A stretch of 38,790 nucleotides of DNA from a virus. Its lineage: Duplodnaviria > Caudoviricetes. This document shows positions 1-9,227 of this stretch, one piece after another. Where the stretch lies: the IMG/VR virus record IMGVR_UViG_3300049042_000212, positions 1 through 38,790 of that record. One strand, 5' to 3'. Below the pieces are notes generated by a model that had not been told where the DNA came from, made no database searches, and worked only from the letters and a program-made list of their open reading frames with translations. Position 1 is the stretch's first letter, and every line of letters starts with the position of its first letter. The position numbers and the translations under genes were made by a program.

Positions 1-74
1 TTCGATCCCCCCCTCCCTCTGCACGAAAAGCATCGCTATCAGGAGACACCCCCCTTGCTAATTCTGCTAATCTG

Positions 75-461
75 CTAGCCATCGCCCCTCTTGTCCCTTG
101 CAGTCTTCGACGAGTGACAGCTCGCGCATAGCGTCTGAAGGTTCCGCTGATCGAACGCCGCTCCCCCCTTTGTTATCGGGACGACGTGATCGATCTGCTC
201 TCCCTCGTTCCCGCAGAAAGCGCAGAGAGGATGAGACGCAAGCTGAAGGAATCGAAGTCGCTTCCAGTTCGCTGAATCGTACACCTTGCGCCCCTGTCGG
301 TTCTTCGCCTCTGCCTCTTCCGATGTTTTCCCCGAGCCGAACGTCTTGCGTCCGAAATGAAAAGTTCTCCAGGTTGTGACTTTCTTCGGCATCTGTTGGT
401 CGTTAGATAGCCGGAGCCCTGCCGCTAGAACGACAAGCTGTCGCCTTGCGACGCACTCCAT
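75..461 (-). CDS. HNH endonuclease (HK97 gp74-like, terminase-associated)
   Basis: CAFC..IDHVVPITKGG..NLQTLCASCHSSKT motif; precedes cos/terS in the circular map. Start may be MPKK at 392. Confidence 0.9.
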   Translation of the reverse strand: MECVARRQLVVLAAGLRLSNDQQMPKKVTTWRTFHFGRKTFGSGKTSEEAEAKNRQGRKVYDSANWKRLRFLQLASHPLCAFCGNEGEQIDHVVPITKGGAAFDQRNLQTLCASCHSSKTARDKRGDG

Positions 462-494
462 CCCTATAAGTTAAACAGAAGCCGAGCGCTCCTC

Positions 495-506
495 CTATAC
501 CCTCAG
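495..506 (-). promoter_or_regulatory. Putative late-promoter motif copy (CTGAGGGTATAG) upstream of HNH
   Basis: One of eight same-strand copies located before late genes. Confidence 0.55.
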
Positions 507-1051
507 AGCAGAACCGAGTCCGCGAACCGACGGAACTCCTCCTCGACGCTGCGCCACGGCTTGAGGATAAGCAGAGAGAAGTCGAGCTTCTTCCCGAACT
601 GTTCTGCGTGTACCGGAAAGATAGTCAGTTGAGAGTCGTCGTCGATGACCCCGACACCCCAGCCGCGCTCTCTCTTCGTTTGAGGTTCGAGCCAGTCCTT
701 GACCGCTGCCGCGCAGTTGTCTAGGTCGAAGCGAGTCTTCCTCTTCGCGCAGACCAGCAGCCCCCAGATGCGCTCGTTTGCGAACTTGAGCTGACCCCTG
801 GGATAGACAAGGGAGGAGCGTTCAAAGAGCGTCTGCATCGCTCTGAGCCTGTCCATCGTGTCAGGGTTGACGAAGTTCTTCCCTGGTAGCTTTGAGTTCT
901 TGAGAGACGGAAGACGCGAAAGCTCGCCGTGAAACTCGACCTGAAGAGAGAGCAGCTCTTGATTCCGAATGTCTGCCGAGACGAAGACTTCCCCTTGAGT
1001 CATCCACCAAAGACAGCCCTTGCGATTCCCGCGAGCTGCAAGCCGCGTCAC
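503..1051 (-). CDS. rusA: RusA-like Holliday junction resolvase
   Basis: PSLKNS, RFDLDNCAAAVKD and GVIDDDSQL motifs carry the RusA catalytic Asp pattern. Alternative start at 1003. Confidence 0.75.
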   Translation of the reverse strand: MTRLAARGNRKGCLWWMTQGEVFVSADIRNQELLSLQVEFHGELSRLPSLKNSKLPGKNFVNPDTMDRLRAMQTLFERSSLVYPRGQLKFANERIWGLLVCAKRKTRFDLDNCAAAVKDWLEPQTKRERGWGVGVIDDDSQLTIFPVHAEQFGKKLDFSLLILKPWRSVEEEFRRFADSVLL

Positions 1052-1323
1052 TTCCCAGCCTTCGCCGCTTTGTGCGCGAGCCCCACAGTGATAAGCCCCA
1101 GACCCAGCTCTCGCAGTAGCTCGTTCGCCTGAGCCAAGAAGTCAGCCGAAGCCGTTGCGACCTGAGTGAGCCAGACCACTTCAGGGAAGAGAGGAGCCAC
1201 CTGCGCCAGAGCCGAGACGATAGCGCTGATCAGAACCATCGCAGCGCCGATCACTGTCTTCTTCCCGTCGAGATACTTTCCGACAGAAGTGAAGCTGAAT
1301 AAGTAAAGCAGAATCTTTCTCAT
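1048..1323 (-). CDS. Small membrane protein, holin-like
   Basis: 91 aa; LDGKKTVIGA followed by hydrophobic helices and a basic C-terminus (HKAAKAGK). Confidence 0.6.
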   Translation of the reverse strand: MRKILLYLFSFTSVGKYLDGKKTVIGAAMVLISAIVSALAQVAPLFPEVVWLTQVATASADFLAQANELLRELGLGLITVGLAHKAAKAGK

Positions 1324-1326
1324 AGT

Positions 1327-1518
1327 TTAGTACCTACCCGAAGAAGCCAGCCGCGCCCAGGTCGACAGAAGTCTCGCGAGCGCTGCTCCTCGAGAAAGCG
1401 CCCTCCTCCGTTGTCCCAGTCGCAGCCTTCGCCCGACCAGCTTGCACCCCCGATAGAGGGAGAGCATCCCGCGAAGAGGAGAGCGATAGTCGGAAAGATG
1501 AACCACAGTCCCGATCAT
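1327..1518 (-). CDS. Hypothetical small basic protein
   Basis: Fits between a motif copy at 1540 and the holin-like gene; VVHLSDYR N-terminus. Confidence 0.4.
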   Translation of the reverse strand: MIGTVVHLSDYRSPLRGMLSLYRGCKLVGRRLRLGQRRRALSRGAALARLLSTWARLASSGRY

Positions 1519-1539
1519 AGCTCGCTCTGAGACTTCGAC

Positions 1540-1551
1540 CGATACCCGTAG
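1540..1551 (-). promoter_or_regulatory. Putative late-promoter motif copy (CTACGGGTATCG)
   Basis: Intergenic, about 22 nt upstream of ORF 1518 and the holin/RusA unit. Confidence 0.55.
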
Positions 1552-1560
1552 CGCTTTGCC

Positions 1561-2046
1561 TCAGGCTGTCAAACCGATGACCGTCTTTACATCCTGATTC
1601 GTCTCTGTGACTTTGTTCAGCTCCGGAGTCAGGTTTGTTCTGACGGCTGCTGCGATGTCGGAGGGACTTGTTCCGTCTCCTGTGACGACGGTGCTTGCTG
1701 CGGACTGAATGAGGAGAGCTTGGATTCCTGCGCTGTAGGCGATAGGATCTCCTCCTGGACCTCCAATAAGGTTTCCTCCTGCGACTCGGACGACGTAGTT
1801 CCCTGGGACGAAGTAAAGGTTCCAAGCCCCCAGTAATTCGACGGTGAGACCGACTTGGACACCTGGCCCAAGGTTGTCGAGCCCCGATCCTTTGGCGATT
1901 CTGTCATAAATGATCCCCTCCTCAGATGCCTGAGCCATTTTGCAAGCGTCGTAAAGTGTAAAGCAATCCACGTCTGTCACTCCGTTGTCGACTAAGACAG
2001 TCGAGTCGGAGAAGCGGAACGTGAAAGGCTGAACGTAATAACTCAT
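1561..2046 (-). CDS. Hypothetical virion-associated protein (accessory module gene 6)
   Basis: 161 aa, beta-rich, tightly packed after the 478-aa gene; C-terminal coiled-coil-like tail. Confidence 0.7.
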   Translation of the reverse strand: MSYYVQPFTFRFSDSTVLVDNGVTDVDCFTLYDACKMAQASEEGIIYDRIAKGSGLDNLGPGVQVGLTVELLGAWNLYFVPGNYVVRVAGGNLIGGPGGDPIAYSAGIQALLIQSAASTVVTGDGTSPSDIAAAVRTNLTPELNKVTETNQDVKTVIGLTA

Positions 2047-2048
2047 TA

Positions 2049-3485
2049 CTATACATCCGAGTTTCTGCTCGCGTTTACTGACGCGCCAGAGTTGTTGATG
2101 CTTATTGTAGTTGTGAAAGGAATGATTGGCGATGCTCCGCTTCCGTTTCGCACGTCCACGCGAGCATTGAAGTTGCTCGAATATGTAAACGACTGAGTCT
2201 CGGAAGTGCTTCCTGCCTGCCTATCCAGATACGGAACAAACACATCATCAGCCGTTACAATGTTTTCACTTAAAGCCGGAGAAAGCCCACTGAAGGTCTT
2301 AGTCCCTGCTGCATAGCTCGTGTAAGTGTAGCGCTTTGCTTTGATACGAATAACTCCGCTCGTAGGCGTATCAGTCTTGATTGATTCTACAACCGTGAGA
2401 GATGTAGCTCCCGAGGATGCGGCCACCGGCGTATACTCGTCTTTTAAGATTGCGCCTGATCCATTATCGCGAGCGACAAGCACTCGGTCGCCAGAGACAA
2501 GATTTCCGACTGTGATTGCCACTACTGTTGGTGGCACCTGAGTCGTTCCGTCGTGAGCAATAAGCTGATACTTTGTCGATTCTGCTGGAAGCACTCCAGA
2601 AAGAAACCATCCTTGAGCCACGAAGAACGTACCTCCCGCAAACGTACCAAATGGTGCGGATGGAATCTCGGTGTACGCTGAGTTAAGAACTCTGTATCTC
2701 CAGCCTGGAATACTGTTGAGAGTCGCTGCGCTGTTTTCTCGTGTTAAATACTGAAGATACTGATAAGCCTCTGCGAGCGTACAGCCGCCTGATAGCGCAA
2801 TCGTTCCTTTGTATAGTTTTGAGCCGTTACCGTTTCCAAGGTTTTGGTTAGTATCGCCGAAGGTGACAGTGACTTTAGATGATAACAACGCAGCTTGCCC
2901 TTCCGTCAGTGTGATATTGCTATCCACCGCCGTTGCAAGAGCTGCCGAGGTTTCGCCACCCGCCGAGAGGTTTACGTCAAAGTGTGAGTAACTCTGACCC
3001 CATTTACGGCTGAAAGCTGTTACGTCACCCGAAGCGATGAAAGAGCCGCCGGTCTTAACTTTTACAAGAATCTGAACATGACCATCAGCCCAGAACTTAG
3101 TGAGCTTGCTTCCGTTTTGAACTACATATACTGGAGATGCCGCAACAATGCCTCCGATGGTCTTTAGCCCTGAGTACTGGACGTTTGCGCCATCCTGCTT
3201 GATAGAACCAAAGTTGATGTACTGCGCTGCGTCATCGTCAATGTTAAACGCCACCGCTCCAGAGGTAAGGAGGTTAAGACGTGACGCCACCGCTGCATCT
3301 CGTGGCCCGTCGAGCTTGGATGGATTCGGTGCAAGAATATCGAGCAGGTCATTACCACTTGCCGCCGCATCATCTGCCAAGTCTTGCAGCCAAGCGTGAA
3401 GCTCCAACACGGTATAGACGGTAGTGCCTGAAACGTGCCGAATATCTCCGGTCGATGTGATAGAGAAATCTGCTGCTATTGGCAT
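2049..3485 (-). CDS. Hypothetical virion structural protein, 478 aa (accessory module gene 5)
   Basis: Long ORF, G/S/T/A-rich beta composition, AAGGAG RBS; C-terminal ITVGNLVSGDRVLV adaptor-like segment. Confidence 0.8.
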   Translation of the reverse strand: MPIAADFSITSTGDIRHVSGTTVYTVLELHAWLQDLADDAAASGNDLLDILAPNPSKLDGPRDAAVASRLNLLTSGAVAFNIDDDAAQYINFGSIKQDGANVQYSGLKTIGGIVAASPVYVVQNGSKLTKFWADGHVQILVKVKTGGSFIASGDVTAFSRKWGQSYSHFDVNLSAGGETSAALATAVDSNITLTEGQAALLSSKVTVTFGDTNQNLGNGNGSKLYKGTIALSGGCTLAEAYQYLQYLTRENSAATLNSIPGWRYRVLNSAYTEIPSAPFGTFAGGTFFVAQGWFLSGVLPAESTKYQLIAHDGTTQVPPTVVAITVGNLVSGDRVLVARDNGSGAILKDEYTPVAASSGATSLTVVESIKTDTPTSGVIRIKAKRYTYTSYAAGTKTFSGLSPALSENIVTADDVFVPYLDRQAGSTSETQSFTYSSNFNARVDVRNGSGASPIIPFTTTISINNSGASVNASRNSDV

Positions 3486-3494
3486 AAGCGCTCC

Positions 3495-6400
3495 TTACGA
3501 ATCAGAAAGCTGGTTAGCTGTCTGACTATTGTTACTATTAGTCAAAGTTGTTGTTGTTCTCCACTCTTGATAATACGGCAAAGAGGTTGCCTTCCTCACC
3601 ACTATTTCTATCGGAATATCTGACGTATAGGTGTAAGTGTAGGCAAAGCTGCCCGTAGTTACTGCTTGGTTTGCAATCACTGCAAGGGTGTCTGTACGAC
3701 GCACGAGGATGCGAGAGTCAGTTACAATATTAGAAACCGTAAGAGTGTAGGAAGCCGCAGGGCTATAGTAAGTCCCGTCATCTGCTTGCATACGGGCAAA
3801 GCCAGGTACTTCATTTCCAGAGCCATCTACAATTCGAACACCTTTTAATGCCGCTCCAGCAGAGCCGAAGACTGTGCCTCGTGCGGTTTCATAATTAGTA
3901 CCAACAGCTATCACCATGTCGTGATATGCCATGTTGTGACGTGTGCCATCGAAAGAGTACGAATCCTGCGCCTGATTCCAGCTTAACCATTGTGCAATTG
4001 TAGCCGCACTAGAGCCGTCAGTTACAGTTACGGTTATTGACCACTGCTTACTGTTCCAGGTAACAGGACTGGCACCATGATTGGTAATTGTAATCGCTTT
4101 GCTCCCTGGATTTGTATCAGCAATAGCGTTATCAATCTGCGTAACTGGAAAACTGCCGCCAAGCTCCTTCAACGTAAAGCCAGACTCAATAGTGTTGTAT
4201 CCAGGCTTGCGAACTCTAAGTGTTGCCGCCGTATCTGCAAACCACTCGCAAAATAAAGAAATTGGAGCAGTTTTTGAAGCCTGGTAAAGTAAAGCACCAT
4301 CTGAGTTTCTAAATATTGCTGCTCTAGTGTCCGCAAGAGAGCCCGTGACTAAATACTCAGCTTCATTATCACCGTACGTTGTTGCCGCAATACTGGCTGT
4401 ATCTGTGTTTGCAAAAACGTAAATTGAATTGAGTCTATTACCTACGTTTGCAGTATTACAAACCGCTCTAATTCTAAGCCTTACGCCTGAAGTTAAAATG
4501 CCAGTCTCACCAGAAAGATTTGCTGCTGTAAGCGATTTGAAAGTTCCTGAAAAGCCTGTGCCTTTGTCGATGTCATACGTCAAAGTATGATTAGCTGCAT
4601 TAATAGCATTTACTGTTGGAGCTGTGTTTGCAAACGATGTAACGCCTTTAATGTAATAGCTCCAAGTCCAGGTAATCTGGTCGTTTAGAGTAACCATAGC
4701 AACAGAAGTACCATCACGTCTGAAAGTTCCCACATCTTCTGTGAAAGCTATTTCAGAACGATAATCGTTTGGGTCTTTTGGAGAACCGCAAGCAAGAATC
4801 AATCGAATAGTAGTTGGAGCTGTGTAGCTGTTAAGTGTTTCGCTAAAGTGTCCACCCACGCCACCTAACCTTAAGATTCCACCAAGACCTCGCCTTGCGT
4901 AACCTGGCACTTGCGTAAAAGTGTCAAATTGCCCTGTTCCCGATGTTACATAGCAAGAATTTAGCAAATAACTGTCTGAAGGTGCGATATTTAACGGATC
5001 GGCATTATTGTTTGCGATGTAAATCTTTGAAGCACTAAATCGCTTTAAAACTGGGGCAAAACCAGACAATCTAAAATTTGTACCAGCAATAAATGGTGAA
5101 CCTGAAGTTCCTATATTTCTTATTCTTACATCGTAGCAATTTGACCAGCTACAGTTCCCATTTGGAGCGTCTATCCAAAATTGATAACCGTCCCAAAGTA
5201 TATCTGTACTATTCTGAATACCTATTTGCACTGAAGCAATATTTTGTGTAGCTGTATTGTTTCTACCTACAAAAGTCCAATTTTTCAAAGTAACTCCCGT
5301 ACAGCCGTCTATAAGCCAGTTGTAGAAGTTAGCACCATAATTTCCTATTTTCGTATCTTGCACTAAAACATTTGTACAACCTACGAGTTGACCGCACCAA
5401 GTATTACTCTGTGGCCGCATAAAAAAGCCGCCATCTATTGTTACGTTGTTTGAAAGTCTAGCGTTAAACGCAAACTCTGAAAACATTCCCCAATTGTAAC
5501 AATTTTTAATAGTTACTTTTTTGCAATTTTGCATCCAGAAGTGAGCGGCATAAGAAGCACCATAACTTACGTGCTGACAAGTTACGCAATCTTGATAATA
5601 GACTTCTTCACAAGCATTAGGGCCATCAGAGCCAGTTTTCCCATTACCGTCTGTATGACCACAAAAACGAATATCGAATAGCTTCCCGCCACCAGAAAAA
5701 CGGTGCTGTCCATTGACATAAGACATTGTAGTTGAGGCGTTTAGGTTATTCGTGATTACCATTGTATAAACTGGAAACCCAGAAATTATATTAGCCGCAT
5801 AATTTGCGCTTGCCGCTATTGAAACATGAATATTAGGAACTCTAATCTTTGCGCCACTTGGCGGAAGCCTACCAGCATTAGCACCGCAAAAAGTAATCGT
5901 TCCAGTGCTTGGGTTTGATGTATAAACATTGTTTCTTGCATCAGTTCCAAAGTTAGCAGTAACAATACCAGCAGAAGAAATAGCTGTTCTTAAACTACCT
6001 GCGCCAGTTACTACCGCTAAGGCATTTGCTGTAAGCGTTAATTGAGTTGTTGATTGAATTGAAAGTACAAACCCAATAATTGTATCTCCTGTAAATAACG
6101 GAGAGCCTATTGGAGTATTAGTAGTGTTAAATGTAGTTCCTGTCCCTGTTACGATTGCACTACCAGCAGTAGTAGTAACTGTCCCCGCTGGAGCAGTAGT
6201 TGTTGGTATATGCTGCCACCACTCATAAACACCGCTTCCTGCGCTAGTTTCAATTTGTAACGCTGGGCATAAATCCGCTACATAATATTTGATTTGCTGT
6301 CCAATGTTGCCGTTAGTAGTTCCTAGTTCAAACCAATCTCCAGTCCAAGTAGTGCTAGAAAATCCTGAAACAGTTACGCCTGTGCTTGCTTCTCTGCCTA

Positions 6401-7106
6401 CGATATTTAGCCAGCCTCTTTGACCGCCAGTTGCACTATTAACAGTAGCAGTTGCGCCGTTAGTAAATGTCAAAACATCATTGTCGTTGATTGTGCCAAT
6501 CTTTCTGCGGAGCTTAACATAGCCAGAAGCAGGCATAGCAGTCCCAGCCGTTGATGGAGATACTGCTAGGTCTGTAAAGATTCCTAAAAACTCTCCACGA
6601 TTGACACCGCCTACTGTTACGTCGGCGGTACCATTGGTTCCAAGTGATGGCACGTTACCCGTTGAAGCATCGAATGGCACCCACCAAACCTGAGTACCAT
6701 CTACTACTAAATTACCATCGGAAATCGTTGTTATGCCTAGAACTGCTGCTTGCTGACCCCAGCGACTATCGCTATTGATTGTAAGCGTAGCACCGCTATC
6801 AATGGTTATTGCTTCACCGTTATTAAGAGCCAACCCTCGGTATGCAAAACCATCAGTTGCGTTCGTTACCGCAACAGCCGCATTAGCAGTTAGTACAATG
6901 GTGGTTGTATTGGTGATTGAGGACACTATGCCAATAAAGTTAGTGCCTGAGTAAATCGGCGAACCAACTGGAGTGTTTGTCGCATTGAATGTAGTTCCTG
7001 TGCCCGTCAACGTTGTGCTAGAGGTTGACGAGGTAATGCTGCCAGCGATGGCAAAGGCAAGCGCATCATCAAGATTTCTACTTGTGCTGACGGTAATGTT
7101 TGCCAT
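3495..7106 (-). CDS. Large fibre/spike-like protein, 1203 aa, with probable right-handed beta-helix core
   Basis: T/N/G/S-rich; repeated xxCxxVxIxxx rungs (NCKKVTIKN, GCTNVLVQD, GCTGVTLKN, NCYDVRIRN); two copies of a ~63-aa inserted domain. Confidence 0.75.
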   Translation of the reverse strand: MANITVSTSRNLDDALAFAIAGSITSSTSSTTLTGTGTTFNATNTPVGSPIYSGTNFIGIVSSITNTTTIVLTANAAVAVTNATDGFAYRGLALNNGEAITIDSGATLTINSDSRWGQQAAVLGITTISDGNLVVDGTQVWWVPFDASTGNVPSLGTNGTADVTVGGVNRGEFLGIFTDLAVSPSTAGTAMPASGYVKLRRKIGTINDNDVLTFTNGATATVNSATGGQRGWLNIVGREASTGVTVSGFSSTTWTGDWFELGTTNGNIGQQIKYYVADLCPALQIETSAGSGVYEWWQHIPTTTAPAGTVTTTAGSAIVTGTGTTFNTTNTPIGSPLFTGDTIIGFVLSIQSTTQLTLTANALAVVTGAGSLRTAISSAGIVTANFGTDARNNVYTSNPSTGTITFCGANAGRLPPSGAKIRVPNIHVSIAASANYAANIISGFPVYTMVITNNLNASTTMSYVNGQHRFSGGGKLFDIRFCGHTDGNGKTGSDGPNACEEVYYQDCVTCQHVSYGASYAAHFWMQNCKKVTIKNCYNWGMFSEFAFNARLSNNVTIDGGFFMRPQSNTWCGQLVGCTNVLVQDTKIGNYGANFYNWLIDGCTGVTLKNWTFVGRNNTATQNIASVQIGIQNSTDILWDGYQFWIDAPNGNCSWSNCYDVRIRNIGTSGSPFIAGTNFRLSGFAPVLKRFSASKIYIANNNADPLNIAPSDSYLLNSCYVTSGTGQFDTFTQVPGYARRGLGGILRLGGVGGHFSETLNSYTAPTTIRLILACGSPKDPNDYRSEIAFTEDVGTFRRDGTSVAMVTLNDQITWTWSYYIKGVTSFANTAPTVNAINAANHTLTYDIDKGTGFSGTFKSLTAANLSGETGILTSGVRLRIRAVCNTANVGNRLNSIYVFANTDTASIAATTYGDNEAEYLVTGSLADTRAAIFRNSDGALLYQASKTAPISLFCEWFADTAATLRVRKPGYNTIESGFTLKELGGSFPVTQIDNAIADTNPGSKAITITNHGASPVTWNSKQWSITVTVTDGSSAATIAQWLSWNQAQDSYSFDGTRHNMAYHDMVIAVGTNYETARGTVFGSAGAALKGVRIVDGSGNEVPGFARMQADDGTYYSPAASYTLTVSNIVTDSRILVRRTDTLAVIANQAVTTGSFAYTYTYTSDIPIEIVVRKATSLPYYQEWRTTTTLTNSNNSQTANQLSDS

Positions 7107-7107
7107 C

Positions 7108-7653
7108 TTACAGCCCCACCACCACTACGCTGTTGCCAGAGGATGCTAACGAAACGCCGGTTTTGTTTATAACCTGAAAGCTCGTGACGAAGCTCCGCGA
7201 TAGGTTGTTGAACTCAAGCCGCTTCTCGCTTTGAGCTTGTGAGACAGAAAGCTCGTAGATCGTGGTTCCATCTGTAAGTTGAACTTTCGCTCCAACTGTC
7301 GGTGTAATCTCTCCGAAGTTGATGACGACTCGATAAAGCCGCGAAGTGCCCTGATTCGGAAATCCGAAGGAAGCGGATGTCGCATTGTTTGCCAAGCCGT
7401 CGAGCTTTGTTCCGTCCATGAGGTACGTCTCAAGCCCAGATAACGAATCCACCACTTCAAGAATCTTTATGACCTTTGAAAAAGTCGACGCCCCAATGTT
7501 AGCAACAGACAAAAGCGCACTCTTTGCCGAGTTTGACAAATAGTTGAGAAGCTCGACCGGAATCGACGTCGACGAATCGGAGGTAACAGAGCCGGTCGGA
7601 GGAGCCACTCCGTCGCTTACTTGAATACCAGTGCCGGTTCCAGTATCAGGCAT
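7108..7653 (-). CDS. Hypothetical protein (accessory module gene 3)
   Basis: 181-aa ORF tightly packed between its neighbours. Confidence 0.7.
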   Translation of the reverse strand: MPDTGTGTGIQVSDGVAPPTGSVTSDSSTSIPVELLNYLSNSAKSALLSVANIGASTFSKVIKILEVVDSLSGLETYLMDGTKLDGLANNATSASFGFPNQGTSRLYRVVINFGEITPTVGAKVQLTDGTTIYELSVSQAQSEKRLEFNNLSRSFVTSFQVINKTGVSLASSGNSVVVVGL

Positions 7654-7655
7654 GA

Positions 7656-8096
7656 TTAAAGACTCGTCTGAATAATTTCCGTAAGTTTTCCACTGTTGTC
7701 GTATACAAAAACCTTTCTAATGGTCGCGCCATCTTTTATATAGTCGACCTGCGACAGCTTGCCACCTGAGAACGCGAGCGTCTTATATGCTCCGGAGTCA
7801 TAGTCGATTCGACTGACCAGCCCTCCGGAATAAGTAAACGCCGGTCCTTTCTCGCTAATTGCTGGATCGCCTTTAGGACCAGGAGACTGCACTTCGACTA
7901 TTGTGAGTGTGCCGACGTATACGCTGATAGAATTGCCGACTTCGATGACCTCCGTCTTTGTCGAAAGCTCCTGAACCGTGACAGAAGTTGCGTCCTCGAT
8001 GACTGTTATTGACGGGCTAGTCTCTGAAACAAGAACCGAAGAAAAAGTCTCGGTGACTTGAGTGACGTTGTTTGTCTCGTTTACGGTAACATTCAT
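7656..8096 (-). CDS. Hypothetical virion protein with V/T/E-rich N-terminus, GPKGDP hinge and YD-like beta hairpins
   Basis: ATGA overlap with the upstream gene; repeated FTYSGGLV/FSGGKL/YDNSGKL units. Confidence 0.7.
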   Translation of the reverse strand: MNVTVNETNNVTQVTETFSSVLVSETSPSITVIEDATSVTVQELSTKTEVIEVGNSISVYVGTLTIVEVQSPGPKGDPAISEKGPAFTYSGGLVSRIDYDSGAYKTLAFSGGKLSQVDYIKDGATIRKVFVYDNSGKLTEIIQTSL

Positions 8097-8443
8097 CGCG
8101 TCACCTGCTTGTCAAAAGTGACGACCCCCTGAATGATTCTAGTAACGACCCCGCCAGGCGATTCGATCTCTAAGTCGTAGACACCCTGAGCGAACTTCAC
8201 GCTGTTAGTGTCTGAGGGTAGGATCGTTAAAGATATTTTGCCAAGCGTCCCAGAGATGACTAGCTTTCCGTTTGCAGTCGTAGCCTCGATGAGTTTCTCG
8301 TCGCTCTCCTTGAATTGACGAATCTGCATCCTTGCAGTGTAGCCGGAAAGATTGACGACAGCGCCGTTCGCGTCCTTGTAAATAAAGTCGCGAGTGAAAG
8401 TCGACCCCTGCTCAAGTGTGAAATCGTATGTCCCTGCTGTCAT
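8093..8443 (-). CDS. Ig-like virion adaptor protein (BppU-N/minor-tail-like)
   Basis: YDFTLEQGSTF..VNLSGYTARMQIR..GVYDLEI..TRIIQG pattern typical of phage fibre-attachment adaptors. Confidence 0.7.
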   Translation of the reverse strand: MTAGTYDFTLEQGSTFTRDFIYKDANGAVVNLSGYTARMQIRQFKESDEKLIEATTANGKLVISGTLGKISLTILPSDTNSVKFAQGVYDLEIESPGGVVTRIIQGVVTFDKQVTR

Positions 8444-8476
8444 GCGTTACAGTGTACGCAAGCGCAGCGCTCAGAC

Positions 8477-8488
8477 CTATACCCAGAG
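8477..8488 (-). promoter_or_regulatory. Putative late-promoter motif copy (CTCTGGGTATAG) heading the accessory module
   Basis: About 34 nt upstream of ATG 8443. Confidence 0.5.
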
Positions 8489-8692
8489 ATTTCGCGTATA
8501 TTTTCGGAAGTCGATCATGATAGCTTCGGGACAGGCTATCCCGCGCTCTCCAGCTTCGAGACAGATGCTTTCGATAAGCGCATGAATCACGCGCACCGCG
8601 TCAGCCTCCGAGACCCTCCAAGACGCGATTTCGACCGCGTCGTCTGCCGCCAGCATCGCCACCGCGACCCCCGTTTTGTCTTCAACGACCAT
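8477..8692 (-). CDS. Hypothetical protein (71 aa, start MVVEDK)
   Basis: 3' part of ORF 8477..8941; overlaps the end of the loader gene by 11 nt. Confidence 0.55.
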   Translation of the reverse strand: MVVEDKTGVAVAMLAADDAVEIASWRVSEADAVRVIHALIESICLEAGERGIACPEAIMIDFRKYTRNLWV

Positions 8693-9227
8693 CTGACAGC
8701 AGCCCCTTGACCAAGTTCTTGACGTTAATGTCTGCGATTCCGGTCTTCGCTCCGCTCGACGCAATCTGAGCCAGCTCCCGCTCCTTCTTGAGCCCAGAGA
8801 GGACTCGCCAGAAGTGCGCTCGGTTCGCGACCTCGTCTTCCGTTCGCCAGGAGCAGACCTCGTCCCACCCCAGCAGCTCCGCAGCCCGAGCGACGAGAGG
8901 ACTCCTCTCTCGCATCGAGTGCATCGCGCCAGCTTGATCATACCGCCCGCGCCTTTTTACCGCATCCACCAAAATCGCCCAGGCTTCCCCCTCCGAGACC
9001 ATCTTCAACGACTGCTGTCGCCTCAAGACCTCCGCGACCATGCCGATAGTCGGAGGAAAGCTGCCCGAGTAAGTGACGAGAATCTCGTTTGCCGCCTGGA
9101 AGACCTGCTCTGCTGGGTAGCTGCCAAGAGCGTGATGCCAGAGCTTGACGATCATCGTCGTCACCTCCGCGCCTGGGTACTGTACGAAGAGAGTCGCGAC
9201 GACCCTTGCTGTCTCTGCCGGAGTCAT
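8682..9227 (-). CDS. Replicative helicase loader/inhibitor (SPP1 G39P-like)
   Basis: MTPAETARVV..YP..LWHHAL..FPPTIG pattern; ATGA-coupled to the initiator. Confidence 0.75.
   Translation of the reverse strand: MTPAETARVVATLFVQYPGAEVTTMIVKLWHHALGSYPAEQVFQAANEILVTYSGSFPPTIGMVAEVLRRQQSLKMVSEGEAWAILVDAVKRRGRYDQAGAMHSMRERSPLVARAAELLGWDEVCSWRTEDEVANRAHFWRVLSGLKKERELAQIASSGAKTGIADINVKNLVKGLLSDGR

Noticed and set aside
56-78. Short tgctaat tandem repeats near the left end
   Set aside because: Too short and degenerate to call; they could be terminase-binding boxes, but nothing supports that.
1334-1825. Arg-rich 163-aa ORF
   Set aside because: Alternative frame overlapping the better-supported 1561..2046 and 1327..1518 genes.
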